DNA of 64,000 nt. Source: Vicugna vicugna (Eukaryota). The DNA is taken from the NCBI GenBank assembly GCA_013265495.1, contig MU057984.1, positions 310,001-374,000 on the forward strand, read 5' to 3'. A model generated the notes under the pieces. The model had not been told where the DNA came from. It did no database searches and was given only the letters and a program-made list of their open reading frames with translations. Positions within the stretch are counted from its first letter, which is position 1, and each line of letters begins with the position of its first letter. Below are positions 53,561 to 64,000 of this stretch, in pieces. Position numbers and translations under genes: made by a program.

Positions 53561-53984
53561 AGAATAAATTCAAAAACATTCACCAAAGTCAACAAATTCA
53601 AGATCAACAACTCTCTCTCCAAAAAGAAAAAAAAAAAGTTATCTCTCTGTGCTTCATTTCATCAACCCTTTTACATTTTTAAGAAACTTGATGTTGATTT
53701 CATGGTTCCTAACCTTTAAGACTTCGGTCAATACTGGGTCAGTCAATACTGACTCAACACTGAATCAGACAAGTCAATACTCGGTTACAGGATTACAGTC
53801 TCCACTGCCACAATGGAGAAAGAGTTAAGCTGTCAACTATTAGCAGATACTATTTTAATATTAATTATTTAAACTAAGTAAATGTAAGGGGATAAAGATT
53901 ATTAACCCTTGCTCTTAAAAATATATGCTCTCATCTATTTACAAATGTAAAATGATTCTGAGAACAATTCCAACTTTAATGTGC

Positions 53985-54869
53985 ATGTGTGTGGGGGGGG
54001 TTGGGGAGGGAGAGAGAGAGGGTTTCCATGCCACCAAGCAATACTCAGGACACCAGCCAGGTGTCCTAAAACTCAACTCAATTCTGACACTATCTACCTG
54101 GAGATAGAATCAGACAGATTCCATAGGTAAATGCTCAGACCACACAAGACTGTCCTCTACTTCAGAGGCCAACCCCAAGCCCAGGTTATCACCTGTTCTT
54201 CTGGCCAACAGACTGGAGGTTCCAAGGACCCTCCTTGCACTTCAAATGCCAGTCACATGTTCAGGTTGTTATCTATACTTCTGACCAACTGGCTATAAAT
54301 CGGAGGTTACTATGACTTCCTTTCCCTTCAGATTCAGTTTTCTAGCTAGAATGAATCACATTTACTCATGTTTATCAGTTTATTATAAAAGGATATGATA
54401 AAGAATACAACTGAACATCCAGATGGAAGACACGCACAGGGCAAGGTATGTGGGAAGTGGGGCAGTTTCCGTGCTCTCTCCAAGTCCACTACTTTCCCCA
54501 CATCTCAATGTGTTCACTAACCCAGAAGCTCTCCGAACCCTGCTGCTCTGAGTTTTTATGTAGGCTTCATTACGTAAGCATGACTAATTAAATCCTTAGC
54601 CACTGGTGATCAATTCAACCTCCAGGCCCTCTCCCCTCCCCAGAGGACAGACAGTGGGACTGAAAGTTCCAACCCTCTAATTATAAGGTTGTTTCCACAA
54701 CCATCCTTAGGTGATCTAGGGAGCATTCCAAAAGTCATCTCATTAACAAAACAAAAGATCTCATTATCTGTCTCTCCACCTACGAAATTCCATGAGTTTT
54801 AGAAGCTCTGTGCTAGAAACCCAGAGAAAGACCAAATGTACAGTCCTTATTATAATTCACAATATCACA
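53985..54869. mobile_element. MER21-like solo LTR
   Basis: ctcaattctgacactatctacctggagatag...ctgaaagttccaaccctctaat...cacaatatcaca. Confidence 0.8.
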
Positions 54870-55100
54870 AAATCATAGTAGCAATTAATGCAATAAATTA
54901 TCATTTCTTACAGGCCCTAAAGGTTCATTTCAGATGAAGTCATGTTTCAAGCATAATTCTTAATAAATTCTACCTGGTGATTTTGTTGAAAAAAGAGAAA
55001 AATGGCCCCTGACACGTGAGCGCTTGCCCAGTATCAGCTGACCTTTGGTGTTGGTACGAGCTGAGCTGATACTCACAGCCACGCCCTGTTATTCTCTATT

Positions 55101-55970
55101 TGACAGAAATAGTCTTACAAAACTTACAGACCGTGTGATACAAGGTCACTCTACCACTGTGATGAAATGAGACAAAACAAGAGCATTTCATAACCTTTTC
55201 TAAGCATAGAATAAAAACAAGCTCATTGTGTAATCCACAAAACACCAAACATTCCCCTCTCCTGGCTAAAGTGAGTGAACACTGTGTCTTTACCCACATC
55301 TCAGGCTGGGCTAAGAATTTAATTGACATGACACAGATTAACAGGAAAACCAAACAAAAGTTAAATGACATGCATACATGGGAGAGACTCGGAAAAACTG
55401 AGCAATGCACCAAAATGGCTGAAGCCCTCATCTTAAATAGCATCCTCAGCTAAAGACAAGACAGGATGCTGAGGGTGGGGAGGGTCAGTTATGGAAGGTG
55501 TCCAAGGAAAGCACAGTAAACAAGGGTATGGTTGTTATGCAGATTTAAGTCTTTTTCATAGGTAAATTTCTAGACATTTGGTCATCCTTCTCCTGGTACA
55601 GAAAAGGAGATAACCTTACAAATGAAGATTTCCCTTACAGTTGTAAATGTTTCTTACAAAAGGATAACACATACTTGGTTTCCAGAGTTTTTCTCAGATC
55701 TGCTGTTTCTTAGAAAATAACCAGCTTAAAATAATATTCCAAAGAGACACATTTTGGGGTGGCAAATTCTGCTCCCCTACACCTTGAACCTTTCCCAGTT
55801 TACCTAGCCAATGCACAAATCTTATAAAATCTTTCATAATAGCCTTTACTGTGAGACACCCCATGATTTTCCATAACATGTGGTCTCCTACATTGCAATG
55901 AGCATTAAAGGGAATTTGTTCAACTACAGATGTGGTCCCAGTGGTCTCTATAGCTTGAAAGGCAATGACA
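55101..55970 (+). mobile_element. ERV-type LTR interrupted by a second LTR
   Basis: TG...CA-bounded LTR-like halves at about 55101-55297 and 55782-55970; family uncertain. Confidence 0.5.
55298..55781 (-). mobile_element. MER34-like ERV1 LTR, reverse
   Basis: Reverse complement begins TGTAGGGGAGCAGAATTTGCCACCCCAAAATGTG, similar to the LTR at 61302. Confidence 0.75.
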
Positions 55971-57729
55971 CTGAGTAGGTATGAATATGAAAGGGAAAGA
56001 AACAATGTGGTCTAGCTGTTGGGCAATTTTTACACCCTCCATTTTCCTGGACACATAATTATTACTTTGGTTCACTCTGATTTACTAAACCAACAGCTAA
56101 TCCATTGGAAACGGTTAAACTTTCTGTTCTCACATTTGTTTGACTGCTTGGCATTTCTCGGAATTTAGTGCTAAGCTTCACACTAATCATGACTTCTACA
56201 TATTGCTGACAGTCACATTCCCAAAATCAAACAGTCTAGATATAACATTAAAATGTCAGATGATACTATTTCTATTGTCTGTGGGTATTTCAATCTTAAA
56301 ACACTGATGATAAATATTTAATGCTGAACATTATACGGCTGAGTTGGAACTTCTGGAAAAAATATAAAGTTCCTTGTAAATAATGACTGTTTTCTGGTTT
56401 AATAAAGTTTAAAATTAGACATATTTGAAACAACCAATATACACAAATTTAAGACCTCAATACCACATTAGCTTTAAGAATAGACAGCATTTTAAAAGGC
56501 CAATACTATCTCCCAAACATGTACTGAATACTGTTTAACTACTATATAATAAATGAAATCAGGGGCACACTTAGATGGTACATAAAATGAAAGATAAATG
56601 TTGCCAAACACAGTTATAACTCTGTTCAACTAAAGAAAATAGAATAAAAAACAGTATTTTTCATTCATAAGAACTACAATTATTACTTTATGAAAAAATG
56701 TTGAAATAAGCATGAGCAAAATAAGACACTATTTTATACAACAAAGCTCCTTTGAACAGACACTTCAAAATGCTCCAATTTGGGGATTTTGTTAAAAGTG
56801 TAGTAAAATGAAAGTACTTAGTCTTGTCAGAAATTAAACTTTATGTTACAAAATGGTCCGTTGTTGCTCACACAATCACCAGGTGATTACCGGACAATAA
56901 AATTTCCGTTAGGAGTCAAATGTAGCAACTGAAGCAAAGGGTCCAAAGGAATAACATCAGGGATGTTTTATCATAGGCATGATCTACTGAAGAACATACT
57001 GTCACCAAAGTGTGAAAAATGGTTCACCAGTGAAATGCATAAACTAAAAGTGTTCACGATAAAAAGGCTTAAGTACATACATTACAAAACATTACTGGGA
57101 ACAGTAGGATGAGCTTAAGAACAAATGCACCTCCTGGCAAGCACTCAAAAGGTTGCCCATATACATGAGACGCTTGGAAAACGCTTTCTGACTTTCACAA
57201 TACTTAGGAAAAAATCCTCATATGTTGTGGATTTTCAAACACTGGATGAGTATCTTTTTGCATTCCTTTTTTTAAAAAGTGGCTCCCAGAAACCATCTGT
57301 AGTTAGAAAATGAAACTTTCACAAACTTTGTCTGCTGCCTGGTAGCACGTACTCTTGGGCAAATCCATAGCAAGTCCAGGGTTAAGACATCTCAGCCTGC
57401 TCTCAGCACTAAATTCAGGTGTGCTGGTCAAAAGCATAGGATGTGCTACACTTCAATCTGTGGACTTGCTGCTGTCAGACTAAACGCCTATTTTATCATA
57501 GCAGTCACCACAGCTCAGCCATCTCCCATGACTCTCCAAGGCCAAAAGAATGAAGTCCTAAAACACTGTTCTGATATTCAAAGCATATCAGATGGCTGGG
57601 ACTCGTAGCCAGCTGATCCCAACTTGACTACTCACTGCTCTCCAACACGCCTTCCTGTTTCAAGAGGAAGGCTCCCATACTTATCATGTCCTTCCTAGTC
57701 TCATCACTGCAAAGAAATTCCAATGAGAG

Positions 57730-58620
57730 AGCACAGCAAAGGAAACTGTCAAAAAAATGAAAAGGCAACCCACTGAATGGGAGAACATAACTGCAAATCA
57801 CTGATAAGGGCCTAGTATCTAAAATACATATAAAAAAACTCATACAGCTCAGTGGCAAAAATCCCCAAACAATCTGACTGAAAAAATGAAGATCTAAATA
57901 GATAGTTTTCCAAAGAAGGCATACAGAGGCCCAACAGGTACATAAAAAGATGCTCAACATTGTAAATCACCAGGGAAATGCAAATCAAAATCACAGTGAG
58001 TTATGGCCTCACATCTGTTATAATAGCTATTACCAAAAAGATAAGAAATAAGTTTTGGTGAGGAGGATGTGGAGAAAAGGGAACTCTTGTACACTACTGG
58101 TGGGAATGTAAACTGGTGCAACCACTATGGAAAACATTATGGAAGTTCCTCAAAAAATTAAACAGAGAATACCATATGATCCAGCAATTCCACTTTTGGG
58201 TATTTATCTGAAGACAATGAAAACACTAATTTGAAAAGATATATGCACCCCCATGTTCACTGCAGCATTATTTATATTAGCCAAAACACAGATACAACCT
58301 AAATGCCCATTAATGGATGAATGGGTGAAGAAATTGTGGAATATATATGCAATGGAATATTATTCAGCCATAAAAAGAATGAAATCTTTCCATTTGTGAC
58401 AAAATGGATGGATCTTGAGGACATTATGCTAAGTAAAATAAGACAGACAAAGACAAATACCATATGATCTCTCTTATACGTAGAATTTAAAACAACAACA
58501 AGAAAACTCAAGCTCATAGACACAGAAAACAGATCAGTGATTACAAGAGGTAGGGGGTGCAAGGGTGAAAGAAATGGGTAAACTCTTATTTTTTGGTTTG
58601 TTAAATAAAATGAATAAAAA
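57730..58620 (+). mobile_element. 5'-truncated L1 (ORF2 end and 3'UTR)
   Basis: aaaatgaaaaggcaacccactgaatgggaga...ccatatgatccagcaattccac...A-rich tail. Confidence 0.9.
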
Positions 58621-58899
58621 TTTTATTTAAATTCTAATGACAGAAATGTCTCAGACTTGTCCTAACTGAAGCAGAGGTGCTGATAAGACCTCAGCAGATA
58701 TGTATTATGTAAACAATCTGTTGTGTTGGTTTCACTGCTAAACTCTAAGGAGTTTTTGAGAAATCCATAGACAACTAAAAATATCCTTTATTTGTTCCTC
58801 CATCAGGCTGATCAAGGACATGCTGTCCTTAAGGATGCAAGCTGCCAACTGATCAGTTTACACAAAAAATGTGTAAGCAAGGCCCATTGTCTATTCTCT

Positions 58900-59260
58900 G
58901 CAATGATCTCTCCTTCACTACTGAAGGATAATTTCACAGTGTATAGAACTCTAGGTTAGTTTTTTTTGCCCTCAACACTTTAAATATTTCACTCCACTCT
59001 CTTCCTGAATGCATGTTCTGAGGAGAAGTTGGATATAATTCTCATATTTGTCCCTCTATAGGTAAGGTGGTTTTTCCCCCTCTTTGGCTTTTTTCAAGAT
59101 ATTTTCTTTATCTTTGATTTTCTGCAGTCTGAATATAATAGGTCTAGGAATAAAATCTGGGGGTCACTTATCCTGCTTGGTATTCTCTGAGCTTCCGGCA
59201 TCTGCGGTTTGATGTCTAACGTTAATTTGGGGAAATTCTCAGCCATTATTACTTCAAAGG
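58900..59260 (-). mobile_element. L1 ORF1 fragment, reverse
   Basis: Minus-strand translation IMAENFPKLTLDIKPQMPEAQRIPSRI is typical L1 ORF1p. Confidence 0.8.
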
Positions 59261-59849
59261 AACTGTTTAAAGAAAGGAATTTTTTGAAATATAATTGGTG
59301 AACAAATACCATTCTGAGAGCAATTTAAAGCACTAATAAAACTGCTTTTTGTGATACTACAGCCTAACTGCTTTATAGTTTACTGTGCATCACAATCACA
59401 TGGAGGAGGGTTTGCTAAAACACAGACTGCTGGGCCTCACCTTCAGAGTTATTCAATCAAAAGGTCTGAGGTGCAGCCCTGTGTGTCTACCCTCCACCCA
59501 CCACTTCACCAAGTTGTAAGCATGGTAAGAACTTTACCAATGGAGCTGGGATAAGTAGAGGAAGTGGCAATGTTGAAAGGTAAAAACCTGTGGCACTGAG
59601 TATGACTTTTGCTCAGTCCAAGTTAACCTAAGGGAAATCCCTCAAAACAGTTTCTTCTCATGGACCTCCACAGTTACTAACCATGAAGACCTGTACACAT
59701 GGAACACAGAAAATGCCTCCTTCTACCTCAACCATTCAACCTGATCCCTGCATTGGCACCACAAGGTACAAAAGAGTAAGCTAATATATATTCAATTATC
59801 TGGGATAGAGTAGAAAAATACATGAAATCTGAAGGTGTCCCTTTAGTCA

Positions 59850-60250
59850 CTCATTTTTTCATTCATTTATTTACTCAAACAATATTTGGCATCTGTTATT
59901 TTCCGGCACTTTTCTGAGATTATACCAGTAAACAACAAAAGAGAAGAGACTGTTCCTGTTAAGAAGCTCACACTCTACAGGAAGAGGCAGAGTATAAATA
60001 TTATTTGGGATAAACACTGTGGAGAAAAATAGAGCAAGAAAGAGAAGAACTGAAGGATATACTATTTTAGAGAGGGTACTGGGAAAGCTTCTCAGATAAT
60101 GGGATATTTGAGCAGGGTCTTGAGTAAAGTGGGCAAGGGAATTAGGAAGATATCCAGGAAAATAAAGCTCCAAGCAGAGGGAATAGGAAATGCAACAGCT
60201 TTGCAAAGGCCTGAGACTCAGTGTTTAATAAAGCAGGAAATAAGCCAGTG
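59850..60250 (-). mobile_element. L2 fragment
   Basis: cattcatttatttactcaaacaatattt...ggaaagcttctcagataatgggatatttgagcagg. Confidence 0.75.
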
Positions 60251-61301
60251 CCCATAATGCATTATTCTAAAAAATGCAGCAAACTCCTTGAAATTAACTA
60301 GTGCAGACCATTCTGTTGGTAAAAAAAAACAAGAACCATAATAATTTATAACAAATAAACATATTAATGTCTAATATATGCACATATCTTATTACATTCT
60401 GGTTAAAGTGCTGCTCCTTAGTAATCAATCTACTTTACACTATGTTTTTTACATTTTTGAATGGGCCAAATACTTGTTTATGAGATATGAATCTAATTAA
60501 ATTGCCATTTCAAGGCAAATTGTTTGATATTATCAGCATGTCAATTAGAAGATAATAAAATACATGTTTATTGCTCTCTAATATCAATACATCAATATAT
60601 TTCTTTCAATCTTGATGACACTATGTTTGCTAAAGTAGTGCTTTTAAGTTAGGAACAACTGTAATTCAGTCTCATGTTCAATAACACTTTTCATCTTCCC
60701 CTTACTTCTAAAGTTTAGATTCAACTCTGAGGGTTCCGTATAAAAAATAAAACACAACCCATTCTGAACATAACAGGTTTGCATATACTTGGAAGGGAGG
60801 AGTTGAACTCAAGCCAAAGAAACAACCAACGTGCACATGCCCCCTTCTCACTACAATCAACGCTTATGATGAAGGAAATATACACAGCTATTCAAGTACA
60901 TTGGACCTTTCTCAAAGAATCTAAGGCTTTGGGGGTAGAAATCCATAAAGCCTCATTCCTCAAAGGCAGAACCAGGGAGCTCCCACCTGTTCTGGTCTTG
61001 GTATATGGACCTAATATGACATCCCCCTCAAAATTCATGAAGCATTAGCGCACTTAGTGACATCCAACATGACTGTCACAGTGACATGGAAGACATTTTC
61101 TAATCAATTCTCACTTAACCTCAACTAATTATGTATGAGGTGTTAGCAGTGTCACCTAAATTTTATACCTTATAGAGCTGAAAATGGCAGCAGTGTTTTT
61201 AAGGCTATCCTTTCATTTCTAGAGCATCTCTACATTATTCTTATCATTTTATTCTTCAAAATAAATTGAAGAAGCATCTTTTATCATTTCTGTTTTACAT
61301 G

Positions 61302-61835
61302 TGTTGGGGCCCAGGGGCAGGCCACCCCAAAATGTGCCTCAATGGCATGATATTTTGAATTCAAATTACTGAAGAAATAGCCAATACAAGAGGGACAATT
61401 TGACACTACCCCCCCCTAAAAGCAGGAGATGAATCTCTCCTGTGAAAGGTGCCCTCCCTGCATCTGGAGGTAGAAGGACACCGTCATCACCAGAGATGGG
61501 GAATTTGGGCCAAGAAGTCTGTATAAACAAACCTTATTACTTCTTTAATTGACTACCCCAAGCCCAAACTCTGCTTAGATTCTTCACTAATTAAGCACCC
61601 AAAGCCTAAGATTCTCATCCTGTCAATTCTTCACAAATGTATTGTTTCTTTGTCTAAAAAGTATAAAAGCTGCCTACTTTGACCATGTCTTGGGTATCAT
61701 TTCTATGAGATCTCCATATACACAATTAAAATTTGTTTCTTTTTCTCCTATTAATCTGTCTTGTGTTACTTTTATTATTAGTACAGCCACAAGAATTCAA
61801 GACAGGTAAAGGGGGAAATTTCTCCCTCCGAAACA
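61302..61835 (+). mobile_element. Complete MER34-like ERV1 solo LTR with CATG TSD
   Basis: TGTT...AACA termini; catg at 61298-61301 and 61836-61839; TATAAAA 61662-61668; ATTAAA 61725-61730. Confidence 0.88.
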
Positions 61836-62004
61836 CATGTAAGGAAACCGATCTTGAAAATGCTATGGGATGTCCCGTTTGTAGAAGACAGTAAATGCTG
61901 TAGTCAGGTCTAGAATCCATGGATTCTTGGCTTGGTCCCACAGTTCCTTCTACACTGTCACACTTCAATTTGTGCTAATTTATTTAAAGAAAAAAAATTC
62001 TCAC

Positions 62005-62197
62005 CTTTTTGACAGTTTTTCCAAATAACATGTCTGGAATTCTCATAATTCGTGTTCATCCAACTAAGTAGAATCCTTTCAGAATTAGAATAGATGTTGC
62101 TGGATACAAAACAAGGATTGACTTTTGGTGAATTCTGCACATGTATAGGGGGCAGATTATTGATGCTGTGTGGTACAACCCGGGATAGTACCAGAAC
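62005..62197 (-). CDS. CFAP47: CFAP47 internal coding exon (193 nt, phase 0 to 1), start of CH-like domain
   Basis: tttcag acceptor; encodes VLVLSRVVPHSINNLPPIHVQNSPKVNPCFVSSNIYSNSERILLSWMNTNYENSRHVIWKNCQK(G); donor G|GTGAGA. Peptide resembles recalled CFAP47/CHDC2 (ERILLSWMN). Confidence 0.92.
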
Positions 62198-62492
62198 CTG
62201 AAATTTGGGTAAAAGAGAGAGAGAACTTTTACTAGACCTGAATGGCAAAATAAAAATTAGTATTTCAGGAGTAAATGGAAAATATGACTGGTAGATAAAT
62301 AAACTAAGGCATCAGTATTTTCTGGTTGATTATATCTTTTCAAGAGTAAAAGAATAGTTCATATGACCCCTTAAGGCTCATTTTAAATTCCCAACCTTTT
62401 GCTTCTATATAGCATCTAGTCTGTACGTAACCACATTATATAATTTACAAGAAGAAGCTTATGACCTAAGGGTTCTGGCCACCAATTCCCAA

Positions 62493-63396
62493 TGTGAATT
62501 GTGTGGAAGGGTGGCTGGGGGGAGGTTTCCTCAGCACCAGCTGGATCTTACAATTTAACTCAACTCTGATACTGTCTATGCAGAGGTAGCATCAGATTCC
62601 ACAGGTTAAGAGCTCTGTCCCAGAAGACCATCCTCCACTTTAGATGACAATCACAAGCCCAGGTTGCTACCTCTGCTTCTGACCAATGGGCTATCCACTG
62701 GAGGTTCCAAGGACCCCTTCCTTGCGTTCAATTAATTAATTTCAGGAAACTCTTCTACTCATTAGGTTACTGGGTTATTACAAAGGATATTAAAAGATAG
62801 GAATCAACAGCCAGATACAGAGATACACAAGGTGAGACACTGAGAAAAGGAGCTTCTGTCCTTGTGGAGTCTGGGGCCCAGCATGGTGGCATATGGAAGC
62901 ATTCTGGTTCTTTAACCTGGAAGCTCTCTCTGAACCCCCTCCTTTTGTGTTTTTATGGAGGCTCCATTACAAAAACATGACTGGACTCACTGGACATTGG
63001 TGATTGATTCAAGCTCTAGAACCTAACCCCTACCTGGATCAGGAAGTGGGAATGAAAGTTCCAAATATTCTATTCTTTATTGGTTCGCCTGGCAACCAGT
63101 CCCCATCTTTAGGTACTTTCCAAAAGTCACTTTATTAACATAAACTCCATTATGGTGGAAAGGAGATCCTCATGAATAACCAGAAACCCATGCCACTTTT
63201 ATGGTTCTTAAGGGATTTCCAGAACTGAGGAACAGACCAAATAAAGGATACTCCCTTTGCTATTATCACTCAGGAGATTTCAAGGGTTGTGGAAGCTGTA
63301 TGTCAGGAACCGTGGACAAAGACCAAACATATATAAGAAATATATTTTGGTCATATGATGACCAAATATGTATTTCTTATAAATCATAATATCGCA
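62493..63396. mobile_element. MER21-like solo LTR (second copy)
   Basis: Same motifs and orientation as 53985-54869; ends aaatcataatatcgca. Confidence 0.8.
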
Positions 63397-64000
63397 TTAT
63401 CTAATTTGAAAAAAGTAACTGATTTAAGGACAGTTTTTTTTAAAATGCCATTTCATTTAAAACACAAAGCTCTGAAATTCCTTATTCTTTTCTAGCATAT
63501 GTAACTTATAAAAGAAAAATTCAGAAAATCAAAGTAATAAGTTATCAAGTCACATTAATTTTGATATTGATATTTATTTAATAGGTCTGTTTTTAAGATG
63601 ACAAAAATATATACAATTTCTACTTTGGCATATTTTTACCCTATATCATAGAATTTGGTATCTTTATGCCATCGAACCAGTCACTACATATACAACACAT
63701 GTTTGATTATGAAGGTATGTATCTGATTTAAAAATAATTAAGCATCATTAAGATTAAGTAAAGAAATCTGTGTCTGGTCAGCAGTGTACTATAGCACAGA
63801 ACTACTGAAAAGTGTTGCTGTACTATTAGATCCCATCCAGAACCTACATATATGCATTAAGACTTTCTCAATGAAGGAGTCAGAGCATTTGGTTAACATT
63901 ACAGTACAAACTCAGCTCCTTGGTTCATCCCAAACCTGTGACAGATTGTTCTCCAATGGCACTGGTGTGAAGACCACAATCTGAGTGATGTGCTTTAGAG

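Noticed and set aside
53985..63396. Two co-oriented MER21-like LTRs about 8.5 kb apart resembling a provirus
   Set aside because: The interval holds a CFAP47 exon, L1, L2 and other LTRs, with no gag/pol/env. The copies also differ internally, so they are independent solo LTRs.
1..64000. CRISPR arrays, operons, rRNA or other prokaryote-type systems
   Set aside because: The sequence is mammalian intron/exon DNA; no regularly spaced repeat-spacer array or RNA gene was seen.

Overview
AT-rich, repeat-dense mammalian genomic DNA. It is probably from a camelid, judged from two Vic-1-like tRNA-derived SINEs, and probably from the X chromosome, judged from the gene's location in other mammals. The whole window lies inside one large minus-strand gene, CFAP47 (cilia/flagella central-apparatus protein; this is the part formerly called CHDC2/CXorf59). 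I read nine GT-AG coding exons by hand. Eight of them (62197 down to 13534) splice into one 986-nt open frame encoding a calponin-homology-like domain followed by ASH/MSP-like Ig-fold sequence. The ninth (3505-3650) is out of phase with the eighth, so a small 3n+2-nt exon should lie in 3651-13533; two candidates are given. The rest is intron filled with L1 (mostly antisense to the gene), L2, MIR, MaLR/ERV solo LTRs, hAT and Tigger elements and microsatellites, including several nested insertions with readable target-site duplications (TSDs). I found no credible novel biological system; almost all listed ORFs are chance or repeat-derived. Gene and repeat family names come from recalled sequences rather than database searches, and most repeat boundaries are approximate.
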